From NCBI GenBank assembly GCA_004764695.1, contig SMSO01000037.1:162747-226746 (forward strand): 64,000 nt of DNA, given 5' to 3'. The stretch comes from Schizochytrium sp. TIO01. Taxonomy: Eukaryota; Protista; Bigyra: Labyrinthulomycetes. This document shows positions 22,600 to 34,353 of this stretch, piece by piece. The notes beneath the pieces were generated by a model, which was given only the letters and a program-made list of their open reading frames with translations, was not told the DNA's origin and ran no database searches. The position numbers and the translations under genes are program-made. How positions within the stretch are numbered: position 1 is the stretch's first letter; each line of letters opens with the position of its first letter.

Positions 22600-23152
22600 G
22601 CTTGTACTTCAGATCGCTGCTACATGCGAGGCCGGGTTGAGTTTCAGTAATTCTCGAATGTTGATTTTGGAGCTCTTGCATGGCTCTTCACAGACTCCAA
22701 TCATTCATGAAATCCTCACCAAAGTAGCAAAACAAGCAAAACGAGGGCCGCGGCGGTCACAAATGACAGTGTGCGATGTATATGGTTTTTAGTATGTATG
22801 AATAGTAGATCTCAAAGGCAGCGCGGAAGTGGCTTTGCCTGACCATTTGGCGCGGAGCTCGTGATCCATTCTATCGGATGAAGATTGCCATGTCAATGAA
22901 AGTCAATGGATTCGGAAGAGATGCACAGTAGAACATTGGGAATGTATGCAGGATGGGCTGCTCGGGATGTAAGGAAAAGCTCACAGTGCGAGGCCAGTAA
23001 AACCAATTGCATCTTCAGCGGTACAGACCCTTGATAAAGTACTCGGCGAAAGCAGGAGCAGCTCTGCTAGTCGCAAAGTATACCGTGCCTAAACTTGGGT
23101 GGGCAGTTCCTGAGGAACTGCTTGTCTTGAGTACTCTCTCAAGCTAGGCAAA

Positions 23153-23557
23153 ATGGCCAAGAAGAAGAAGGGCGGCAAGTCTAAGGGAGGAGGGGATGCT
23201 AAAACTACGGAGAAGAGGGCAGTTGTGCCCATGGAACCCGTGGGCTGGGTGAAGATTAACCTCAAGCTTGTAAACTGGACATTTGACAATGAAACCATCT
23301 TCGTTAGGTCTAATGCCACTCTATACTCACTCGTGCGGCGTATCAAAGAAAAACATGGCCATGTAAATGACCTAGCCTTATACAAGGGCCAGGTCAACCC
23401 TTCGAACCTGCTTGAGGATTTCAACCAAACATTTGAGGGGCTAGGAATCGAAGGTGCGATTCGACAAGACGAAGCAAAGGCAAATACAATATACTTTGAC
23501 TTCCGACCAATACTTGACAGCTCTCCGCTCCTTCTCATTACCCCTCGAACTTTCTAG
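23153..23557 (+). CDS. Small ubiquitin-like-fold hypothetical protein with Lys/Gly-rich N-terminus
   Basis: 134-aa ORF starting MAKKKKGGKSKGGG, then a beta-grasp-like pattern WVKINLKLVNW..TLYSLVRRIKEKHG..LALY..LEDFNQTFEGLGIEG..IYFDF. Confidence 0.7.
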   Translation: MAKKKKGGKSKGGGDAKTTEKRAVVPMEPVGWVKINLKLVNWTFDNETIFVRSNATLYSLVRRIKEKHGHVNDLALYKGQVNPSNLLEDFNQTFEGLGIEGAIRQDEAKANTIYFDFRPILDSSPLLLITPRTF

Positions 23558-24279
23558 ACTAGATAGCGAGAACTTCCGTGCTTATTCTTTTAGAAGAAAA
23601 AACCCTCATGTAATTTATTACAGATGATTTTCGTATTCTATTAAATACCATAATAACCTAATTTCCTTGTACTATGCATGTCATCGATGGACAAGATGAA
23701 CATCAATTCATGCTGATTTATGCCAATGTCCAGGGTTCGATGATGGTAGCAAGGGCTATCACATTCTTAATTTCAAGGCTTACAGCGCAGATGTACCCTC
23801 CTTTGGCGTGTCAGCCTTCATTTAGAGGGCTTAACTAGGTAGCGATTGTTGTCTAAAAAACCGTCTTCTGTTCATTATCGAGACCATTTATAGATGTCCT
23901 TTCCTCATAAAGAGATGGGCACTGTTTGCCTGAAATGAACGTAGAATTTAATCACATCATGATAGTAAACTCTTTACCTTCAGAGGTTATTGCATTATTG
24001 CATAAACTATGCCTAGTATCGATTTCCTTTTGTCCACATATTATAAATGTCAAAAAGTACTATCTTCTTACCTACACACACTAACACATGGTAGGTATTG
24101 TGACTCACGAAACCCAACGACCACTTTCCGTTTTGTAACCGCTACGTAACGACCTAACCGCGACCCCCTCCGTTTGGAATAATAAACGAAGTGTACATAT
24201 GAGAGATTAGTTATCAACAGTGATGCATTGAAGCTTCGAAGCTCTCTGCGTAGCGGTTCTCACGTGCGCTCGCCGGACC

Positions 24280-27200
24280 ATGGCGGACGGCGACGCCGTG
24301 ATGATTGCGGAGAATTATTCGCCTGATCGCGAGACTCTTGCTACGGTAGGTTGCAGACTGCTTCCACGGAACGCCTGAACACGGATGGAATTGTGATCGA
24401 TTCTCGCAGACGGAAACTATAACTTGCAAGCCTAAATCGAAACAACGACAACGAGACGGATGACTCACACGTAAATTTACTCGCCATCTGCAGGTTTTAA
24501 GGACAAGGAACAATGAAGGCAATGACGTGTGCTTTAGTGAGGCATGCCGAAAGGCACTAAAGACAATTTTTGACTGGTACGATGTCGATGGGGACCAGGC
24601 GCTCGACTTTGCGGAGGCCAAGGCAATGCTCCAGAGTAAGTTTGTCAAACCCTTAAGGTACCGATTCTGCAAGAGACATCCTAACAACAAAAGCTTGGGT
24701 TCCTTGTTTTGTTTGTATAGACAGCTCCAAAGGGGCTCTTTCTAAAGAGGCATTCGCAACTCTTGTTCAGGACGTAGATCACAATGTTCGAGGACACATT
24801 ACATTCGAGGGTTATCTTAAGATCTACAAAAAGGACTATGAAGAACACGGACACTCCCAGGGAGACGAGGGGTTTGGCACGACCTCCATAGTTTTGGATT
24901 TGATGCCAATCTTCAACACAATGGTCAGTATCCTGAGCGCCCTAAGAAACCTCAAAATGCCTTTGCTATATTAGGAAAGGCTAAACAATCAACCCCGTCC
25001 GCAAAACCAAAAATCAGTAGCTCTTCTAAGCCCAAACAAAAGAAGGAAGCAAATATTGATACGTCTTCTGCAAGTGAGCTATTGCAATCGGTACATCTAA
25101 AAGAAGAAGAATCGTCATCATCGTCCAAAACATCAAAGTCTAAATCTACTCGATCAAAGGTAAACAAAACCCAACAACCCAAAGGAGCCAACCCTTTTCA
25201 GTTGTCAAAATCTCAGGAAAAGACCCCAGCACCCATGGTGACACCAACTACTCAACAAGGATCATCACAGCCATCGAAGGAAATAGATACTACTACGGGA
25301 TCGACTTCAACCGAGGCCAGAGCATGCATTGAGGAGGGCTCAGCTACCACCGAAGAATCAGACCTCATACAATATCCAGAAATCTCAGCGAATTTAGGAT
25401 CTACACTCGACTCTGTTGAACCAACTTCGAAGATCGCCAATACTGAAACTGCTTCCATTCTAAAGCATTCTGCTGTAGATGGGACGTCTACTGTTCAGAT
25501 GTCATCTCCGGTTAACGATGTAGCGAGTAGCCTGGGTCTAGCTCAGTCTCTTCAGGATGAAAAACCTGCTTTATTCCAACCCGCTATCACCCCCCGTTCT
25601 AGGCAAGCTCACCACGATCAAAACCCCCCCAAAACTTTGGTTGAAGTCACGCCAAAAGAACAAACTCCAGCCAAGCCTGCTCGTAAAAGCAAACCTTCTT
25701 GTAGTAATTCGAAAGGAGTCCAATCAAAGTCGACAATGTCTTTAAAGGTTTCTCAGCACTATGATATACCTGACCCATCATCGAGTGATCCCGAGAAACC
25801 CATGCCTACTCCAGACGCACTGCACATTCTAAAAACAGCTTCCCCTTTGGCTAAGAGTCCTAAAATCGCCATGCCTGCTTCAGCCACTTCTGTAGAAACA
25901 GACCTTTCTCAAGAGAAAGAGGTAAAGCCGAGAAAATCGAAGTCTGATCGCTCGAAGCCACGGGGGATTCAGCCTAAAGGAGCAGATCCCTTTCAGCTAT
26001 CCAAACCCAGAGAAAAATCTGCTGCATTGCCAACCAAATCTAGCAGTGAAATGACATGTACTCTTTCCGACAGCAATATAACTGCCCTTTCTTCTGCCCC
26101 CCCTGCAAGCGTTGAGCTTGAACAAACCATCTTAGCTCCAACTACCCTGGGCAAAACGACATGCGAGTCCCTAAAAGGGGTCGTCCCACTCACCTCCCCT
26201 TCCAGAGCGACTCCTGATTCACCTGACTTTAGTAATGTTCAATCTCAAAAAGCACGTTCATCCCCCAAACTGTGCAATGCTGAGTTACAGAATGTTGCAT
26301 TACCAGAGAAAATTGACGGAGCCATAGTGAATGCCGGATCAACGGAATTTTGTCCTGCTAGTGCCGGGGCAAATAGCTCTCCTTCAGTCCCTACGCCTCT
26401 ACTATCTAGTTCATTACAGATTTCCTCGAGTGAAGCAGGGCGGCTTGAACAACCAAAGGAAATGCCTGCAAAACCTGATAGAAGAAAAAAAATGGCATTT
26501 TCAACTCTGGAAAATGGCAAAAACAAAACAGAACTTTCCGATGATGCCTCGGAACGTAAGGAAGATACAATATCGTCTAACAAATCTACCGATGATCTTG
26601 CTAATTCTTCTAACTCTGCACATACCCTCAATCAAACAATCTTCGCTCAGCCTTCTCACAAAAGATTGTCAAATAATGTAGAGTCAACAGAAACGACAAC
26701 AGAACCTACGACATCAAGTGCTAAACTTACCGAAGATGATTCGGAATGGGCCCAACTTAATGCAATATCCAACTTACACGGATCTATGGCTGGAGACGAG
26801 GTTGTCTCACCGTCTACTGCGCCAAAAGAATCGGTACCGATCTCGGGTTCAGCTCAGCCCGTCAACAATGCTAGCACTGCTTACATTCATCCAGCAACAG
26901 TCCAGGGGCAGGCCAGCTCCGTGCAAACTACTCTTACAGGAGTACCTGCCCCCCCAGAAAAACAAACATTAACTAAGTCTGCTTCTAAAACGAGATCTGG
27001 TCGTTCCAGATCAAAAAAGAACCAGCCTATAATGGCAAACCCCTTCGAACCTTTAAAGCCTGCGAAACTTGCAGTCGGGCTTCAGGAAAGCTCAGAAGAC
27101 AACAGCCCTTCACATCCGCTATTGGATTCGTCCAGCTCTACATTTAACCAAGATCAAAATTGTGATGGATTCACTTCAACTTCGGCTCCCGCTAATGAAC

Positions 27201-30200
27201 AAGCGGCGACAATTTTCTCTCCCCTTACAAAGGATGTTGTACTGCCTCCCTCGTCAATTGTGGCGGCACAAACATTCGAATCAAACCCAAAACTGAGCGC
27301 ATCTGGGCTGAAGAAGACTCTGTCGCAAAAATCTAGTCCTTCACAAATAATTCAACCACTTCAACCACAGCCTGGAACCGTGGCAAGCGTGGAAGATCCA
27401 GGTAGACCCGTGCCACTGATGCAAAAGACTCCAGAAGAGTCTGAGGAAGGTTGCCGCGACGGCGTGTCAGTTCCAGTAGTTTGTTCGAACCCTGCTTTAG
27501 TAGAAGTTGACACGTCGTATTTTGCGAATGCAGCAGCTAACTTTGCTTCTTATCAACTACCACCGCTTCTGTCGTTTAATTCGATGGTAGCTGAAGTGTC
27601 TTGTCATACACCAAAAACGGAAACACCATCTAAAAAACGGTCCTTTGGGAGAGCAAGTGCACGAAAAACTAAAAAAGGTAAACTCTCCCATCCGGTTGAG
27701 AGTGATCAAATTGTTTCTCCTGCCTCTCCCATGCTATCTGATATTCCCAGAACAGCAGAGACCTCAGCGCCTGCCGGCGTTTTAACGCCATCTCACAAAT
27801 CACCCGAAGTGTCGACAGCTGATATCAATGCTAAGGGCAGCATTGATACTTTAGAAGTCTCTGCAGTCAAGAAAGTTCCAGGTGCAGCCGATAAGTTCAT
27901 ATCAACTACACTACATCGAGAGGGCTCAAGCGCATTTGAACCTGCTGTAGAGCCAGCAGATGCCTCTGAGCTGTCTACTTCACCATGTAAGGTATCATCT
28001 GCCTTACCATCCAAAAGAGAATCCATGGTATCTTCTATAGTACCATCGAATGAGAGAGAAACCACGATACCTCCTGCATCACCATTCCCTGGGAAAATAA
28101 CGGAGAGTTTTGCTACAGCTTCCAAACCAAGGACAGAATCAGTGGATGCCTCTAAAGTGAGTGCTCCACAGCATGATGTATCTGATACCTCACCATCTGA
28201 GGGAGGGCTCGCTGTGTCTTTTGGAGCGCCAGTATTGGAGAAAGAAAGCATGGTATCTTTTGGAGCACCAATGTCTGAAAAGCTACTGGCAGATCTTCCT
28301 AAATCTTCAACTTCAAATCTAGAATCCGATTCCGGGGATAGTATACTCCAGGTTTCTTCTGTTACCTCAAGTAATGTTGATGCTGTGACATCTGATTCCC
28401 ATTTAGCAGGGACTCGCTCTGTGCCACTGCCGGTAACTGCAGAGGGAATTGAATTACTGTCTCATCCTAAAAGTTCTACACCAGCGAAAAAGCCACGGCT
28501 TGAATCCTCAACGTCAGTAGGGAATGAATTCCCAACCACACCAGCTGTCGATCCCTCCGAATCGGAAGCTGTTGATATCGATATTGTAGTGGTCGATGTA
28601 ACTCAACCAAATGAGTCGAATTGCAAGCCTACAGCTTCGCAAACTGATTTGAACAATACAAATCCTACAAAGCGTAAGAGTGCTTTCGACATTCTTGGCA
28701 GTAAACCTCAAAGGCAGCTGAAGAAGGCTGTGGGTAAGCATGCAGCTGGTAAGGCCTCTGCTGGAAAATCAGAGTCTGCCAAAGATAAACATGACCTTGA
28801 CTTGGCTAAGACTGACGTGGAACTGTCTAGTACACCTAAACTTGCAAAGAAGCAGCTAGTAACCGTCAGACAAAAGGAAATTGAAAGCAACGGCTCGCCT
28901 ACCACCCCTACTCGGACTCTGCCCTGGAATAACGATGGTCCGGTAAATCCGTTTTTTAAGCCACGGACCCGCACTACTCAAACGTCTTCAGGTTGTACAC
29001 TAGCGTCTGCCTTGCCAATCACTAGCAACAATTCCACAAACCGTGGGCGCCGAGTGAAATGGATCCTCGCAAGTTTTCCCGATGCCTCCATAAATCACGT
29101 TGGATATATTCCATCTAAAGTAGGAGTTAAAGCTACGCAAACACTGTTGACTGAAAAAAGTGTCACTAACGTTGCACCTGCCCATTGGCCATTCAACAAA
29201 GGTGTGCATGATCTAACGGAATACGATGACGATGAAATCTTACCTGCAGAGTGCTCACCTTTTGTAAAAGTTTATGAAGAGGTGGCTACTTGCACGGACT
29301 TAGAGGAGTTTATGCGGCTTGATGAAGTAAAGAATCTTAGCATGCGCATCAATAACTTCTCTGCAGATACACTGCATGAGTTTGCAGCGTTGCATTTGCA
29401 GGATTGCTCGAGTGACAATTTATGGCATGTCACCTACCAGCCTGCATATGCAAAGCTTTTGTATGATGGGAGCGAGACCGAACAGAGCATTAACGCTTGG
29501 TTGCAAACCTGGGTTGTTCAACCAGAACCAAACACGAATCCACTTCAAGAAGACACCCAGGAGGCAAGCCGTTCAAGTTACTTTTCAGATGGTTCCTTGT
29601 GGGAAAATAGCATGGATGGCTGTAATAAAGAACTCCTTGCTGCAATGGCAATGCCTGTACACGTTCTTGTTGGAGAAAGTGGGCTTGGTAAATCTAGTAT
29701 GGTCCATTACATTGCGGAAAAACTTGGTTTTCTGGTGCAGGAGGTTCATGCAGGTGTTTTACGATCAGCAGCACAGCTGAAAGCTGTAATCGGGGAAGCA
29801 ACTCAATCATGTGCAATCGGGAAAACTCGAGAGCTTAATCGGGCTCTTGTCCTTATTGATGATGTGGATATTGTTTTCGAGGAAGACAAGAATTTTTTCT
29901 CAGGTCTCAAAACCATTGTAGATCGCGCTAAATGCCCAATTCTTTTTACGTGTAACCGTATTCCGCAAGAGTTTGCGCAGACTTTTGGTGATAGGATTAT
30001 CATACATAAGGTTGAGCATAACTCGCGTGACGATCTGATTCAGGCAGCTCAGTATATTGCAATAGCACAAGGTATTGAGGTGGGTAATGACCAGCTTGGC
30101 ATTCTGTTTGATCAGGTGGAAGATAAATTCTGCACAGCCCTACATCAACTTCAGTTCCACTGTGATCTGTTACCTAGTATCAAAGAGGAGGCTGTGATTG

Positions 30201-31888
30201 ATATTTCAAGTCCACAAGGGAAACAACATTCAAACTATCGTGTGCTGACGCCAAGGTTGCTCTCAAACTTGCCGTCCTGCCATGATAAGCTTGAGCTTAT
30301 GGGCGTAAACAACTGCGACAGCCTCGACCTTGTGGGAAGTGTTTATGAAGCTGCTTTACAATTCTTCTCAAACGACTCTCCCTCATGTACAAAACCGAAC
30401 TGTAGGTTTCACTTACCGTGCTGGCCTGCAGACCCTGTAATCAATTTCGTAAGGCCATCCTTTGGACCATTGCACGGAGGAACAGAGGTTTTTATTTCCG
30501 GTTTGAATTTTTCACACCCAGAAGCTCTTCGTGTTGCTGTGTTTGTAGGTAGACAGGCCTGCGAAATCATTGAGGCTTCACCAACTTTTCTCTTGGTGAA
30601 AATACCACCACATGAAACATATAAAGTCTTGAGTGAGACTCAGGAAAGCCTAGGATTGTCTGCGTCTGCATCTGAATCAACATTAAAGCTATCAGTCGAA
30701 GCGGAACTATCGGTAGATCCATCAATACAGCGAGTAAAATCTCAGTCCCAAGTTAGTAATGATCCACCTGAAAATGTTGCCAAAGAATCTTCATCAGATT
30801 CTGCTGATGACTCTGATTTCGAAGAACCTTTGGGAAGGCGCCAACGCCGAGCAGCACCAGCGCGCGCAGCAATCCCGAAGCGCCGAAGAATCCATGCCAG
30901 AGCAACTAGAGCTTCATCACGACGTGTGCAAACAGATACAGTGAATGATGAAATTGAGGAAAGTGATGACCATGACCTCTTGGCTGCAACACAAACGCAG
31001 AGCCCTGAAGATTCCACAGCTGGGCCTCGCGACCCATCGCCTATTCTTGCGAACCCTAGACCAAAGCAACTTCGTGCCTTTGATCGACTCGTACAGAGTC
31101 GAGTCTGGCCGGTGGACATCCACTTAAGTATAGAGCTCCCCAAAATGGTGCGTCTCTCTTCCTTAAACTCTGTGGCAAGGCGCCACAATGGTTTCTTTGA
31201 ATATTCATCGCTAGAAGATCAATCTCAGTTTCAGATTGAGACTAAGAAGTCTCTTGTCCAGGTGCCCTCACCTCCGGAGACTTTAAATCTTAATAACTGT
31301 TCCATGGAGTGCGATTACTCTGCATCTTTGAAAAAACTGAGTGAAATTGCAGAATGGGGTTCTTTGTGCGACAAAATGCTCGCAATCCCGAATTCACGGT
31401 CTACGACGGGTAGAATGTTACAACAACACCTGAATTATGAAGATACAAATGACACTGAAGGAGACCAGTATGACAGTACTGTCACTCAGCTCCGCATCGC
31501 TGCTGAGTACCAGGAGTTAGGTGCTCAAATTTACAGTCGATCTTTGCATGGAAACAAACTTCATTGTGTCCATCGCGACCGAGAACTTGAGACTTACCAA
31601 CGTACGTTCCTGCGTAGTGCTCAAGGATGCACTGAAGCTGCACTTCCGCTTTTGAGCCTGGGACCTTCTCGAGGACGCGGCCTTGCAAGTTCAAGAAACA
31701 CACATTCCTCATTACTCGACCACATGAGCTACCTATCTTGTATTGCAAAAATTGACGATTCGAATGAGGCAACGCATACGGGTCGCCGCGTCTTTCGACA
31801 TTATATGAACCGCCCAGGTCTAAATTTAGCACGCGAATTAGTCCATGATCATGCCGAGAGGTTCTGGCTTTATACGGAGGAAACCTAG
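24280..31888 (+). CDS. ATAD5: ATAD5/Elg1-like RFC large subunit (PCNA unloader) with N-terminal EF-hands, long disordered region, AAA+ domain and IPT/TIG domain
   Basis: Exons 24280-24345, 24494-24635 and 24721-31888, with one -1 frame break near 24870. Walker A GESGLGKS; Walker B LVLIDDVDIVFEEDKNFFSGLKTIVDRAKCPILFTCN; EATQS; C-terminal LLDHMSYLSCIAKID..RRVFRHYM. These are typical of ATAD5/Elg1. Confidence 0.85.
24346..24493 (+). other. Intron 1 of the ATAD5-like gene (148 nt, phase 0)
   Basis: ACG|GTAGGT ... ATCTGCAG|GTT. Joins MADGDAVMIAENYSPDRETLAT in frame to VLRTRNNEGNDVCFSEACRK. Confidence 0.8.
24636..24720 (+). other. Intron 2 of the ATAD5-like gene (85 nt, phase 1)
   Basis: A|GTAAGT ... 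CCTAAC branch ... TTTGTATAG|AC. Joins EF-hand 1 to EF-hand 2. Confidence 0.85.
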
Positions 31889-32214
31889 GTTTTTAAGAAT
31901 TTTATAACGAGTATTTTATCCAAGTCTTTTCTGAAATTCCATTCCAATAGGAAGGAGCACTAGCCTTTCAAAAAGGGGGTTAACACGAAAGGCACCTTTT
32001 GGGCATAGAAGGTAAGCAAACGTTTGCTTTTAATGGAATGCAGACATCAAATCAAGAAAGTAACATCTTTGATTTCGTGAGGTATCTGTCAAAACTTCTT
32101 AAGACTCTGTGATACTGTCCTTTCAAGAGCGAACTGGATTGCACCAAATTGGAAACAAAAATAGAAAAGAGGGAGTTGACACGGGTTTAAAAGATATATA
32201 ATTTCTTATGATAG

Positions 32215-34353
32215 TCATCTTAGCCAGCAGAATGCAACAGCAAGGTGCAGTAAAGCGGTGTAAACAACGAGAAAAACACGACCGCGTGATCTTGTCAAGA
32301 AGGCGTTACATACAGTGATTGCAACTCGCTCAACTTGCGGGATCGTTTGGTAAAGTCGTTCAGATTCCTGCTGTTTGAAGGCTTTGAGAGGGTCAATGTC
32401 TGATTCGTACAAATTCCGGTACCTGTGTTCAACACCACGCCCTAGACCAGCCACTTTTGCGACGCCTTGTGCACTGACCATTACACCCCCAGTGCGGCCT
32501 GGTGTAGCAGATTCGATGTCCTCAATCGCACCTGAAGGAAGGCCTTCCGAAATGAGGGTTGACCGCTCACTTGCTTTGTAATTTTGCAAGAAGCGAATAC
32601 GTTGATACAATTGTACGTTGTCTTCTTGCATAGACTTCATGCGTTGCTCACTGTCTTGGATCTTCCGGCGCTGAATATCGAGTTCTTCCTCATTAGCCTG
32701 CAGCTGTGCGCGCAGACGGTTGCGTTGCGCACAAACTGCTTGCAGCATGCTGTTAAGGGCCTGGACCTGTTTTTGTGATTGGCCAGCAGTTGTGTTTCCC
32801 GTTGGGGTAGACTCCACTAGAGCAGTGACATCTTGAACAGCAGACATCTCACCTGAGCTTTGAGCTGAGGCTGGGATCAGGTCTGCACTCAAGTTCATGT
32901 CACTAAAGTCGGGCAGGGGCTTGACAGCAGAAACGGTCGCAGGCAAGGATGTAGTGCCAAGCGCAAGGTCGCTCTCAAGCTTGGATGCCAGGTCACGCTG
33001 ATCCTTAAGTGCGTCGCTCAGTCTTTGCTCTGTCTCCTTGAGCAGACGGATCTCAGCGCGCTGCTCTTCAATGGTCATTTTCGCCACCATAAGATCCTCT
33101 TTGAGCTGGCGTGTGGATTTCACAAAGAAGGCTTCAAGGCTGTCAGGTTCGTCAATTGGGTCTCCGCTAGAGGAAGACCCGTTGGGGCCAGTCTCGGCAG
33201 CGAAATTCTCTTCTCCGTCATCGTGCACGTTGTAAAGCTCACGCTGGATAAGAGCAAACTTGCGGCGAAGGCGATCGTAGTCCTCTCTGGAGACTGCAGC
33301 ACTCAGTTGCTCGCGGGCAGACGCAAGGTGCTCAGATTTATCATTGAGAGCGTGCGTGAGCTGTTGAATCTCCTGCTCGTGGCGTTCCTGGTTACCCTCA
33401 AACTCCTGGCGAGTGGTTGCGAACTCGGCTAAAAGTCGTTCTTGTTCTTCCTGAGCGACCTGGAGGTCACGCAAAAGACGGCTATTCTCCTCCTCAAGTG
33501 ACAGATGAGCCGAAGAGCCCTTGTTGCCGCTGGGGTTAGCGTCTGCCGAAGATGCTCCCTGTTGAGAACTGCCATCGGCGGCATCGCGAGCCTCGCCAAG
33601 TTCACGAAGTTTATTTTGAAGCACCTGGACCTGCTCAGTCTGATTTTCAAGGTCACTGTGGGTCATTTCAAGCTGCATCGTGAGATTAGCGAGGTCCTCT
33701 TCTGCCTTGGACCGGAATTCCTCAAGCTGGTCCTGGTATTTTTGGTCCATTTCGTGCACAAGAGCTTCGCGACGCTCGGCTTCTTCAGCACGAATTCGCT
33801 CAAGCTCTGCCGAGACCTCTTCATCGATTGCATTCTGGTCACTTTTGCTCTGGAATACCTTATTGGCTTCAAGCCTTTTCTGAAGCTTGGCAATTTCTTG
33901 ATCCTTCTCAAAGCACGCCTTCTTCATCTCAGAAATGCCCATGTCAGCCTCAAATGAAATGCGTGAGGCATCTGCCAGGGCGTAGCTTGGATCTGGTGCT
34001 TCTCTGATGAGTCTGTACATTGACAAGAAGCAATTCTCCGCAAACTTGGCCCTCGTTGTAAGCGTGTCCACCTCTTCTTGGTACGATCTTAAGAGCTTGC
34101 GAACCTCAGTTTTAATGACGCTATTCTCATCGGCTTTGCGGACATCTTCGCGTTTCTTGAACTCTCGTGTCTTCGTTGCCAATTTATTCCTAGACGCAGT
34201 GCAGCTCTCGCGGTATTCTGCAACTTTACTCGCCTGGTCATCCAGCGCCAATTGTACATTTCCCAAATCTATCGCTTGCCAGGCCTCCAAAACAGAGGTA
34301 GCGCTGCTGCTGTTATTGGCCTCAGGGCCACCGTCTTTCGTGTCCATGCTCAC
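32215..34353 (-). CDS. CASP: Golgin CASP (CUX1 alternative product / Coy1 family)
   Basis: 712 aa. N-terminal WQAIDL..SRNKLATKTREFKK..LLRSYQEEVDTLTTRAKFAENCFLSMY..APDP; coiled coils; CASP_C motifs QRNRLRA, DNVQLYQRIRFLQNY and YESDIDPLKAF; C-terminal TM helix with YTALLH. Confidence 0.93.
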   Translation of the reverse strand: MSMDTKDGGPEANNSSSATSVLEAWQAIDLGNVQLALDDQASKVAEYRESCTASRNKLATKTREFKKREDVRKADENSVIKTEVRKLLRSYQEEVDTLTTRAKFAENCFLSMYRLIREAPDPSYALADASRISFEADMGISEMKKACFEKDQEIAKLQKRLEANKVFQSKSDQNAIDEEVSAELERIRAEEAERREALVHEMDQKYQDQLEEFRSKAEEDLANLTMQLEMTHSDLENQTEQVQVLQNKLRELGEARDAADGSSQQGASSADANPSGNKGSSAHLSLEEENSRLLRDLQVAQEEQERLLAEFATTRQEFEGNQERHEQEIQQLTHALNDKSEHLASAREQLSAAVSREDYDRLRRKFALIQRELYNVHDDGEENFAAETGPNGSSSSGDPIDEPDSLEAFFVKSTRQLKEDLMVAKMTIEEQRAEIRLLKETEQRLSDALKDQRDLASKLESDLALGTTSLPATVSAVKPLPDFSDMNLSADLIPASAQSSGEMSAVQDVTALVESTPTGNTTAGQSQKQVQALNSMLQAVCAQRNRLRAQLQANEEELDIQRRKIQDSEQRMKSMQEDNVQLYQRIRFLQNYKASERSTLISEGLPSGAIEDIESATPGRTGGVMVSAQGVAKVAGLGRGVEHRYRNLYESDIDPLKAFKQQESERLYQTIPQVERVAITVCNAFLTRSRGRVFLVVYTALLHLAVAFCWLR

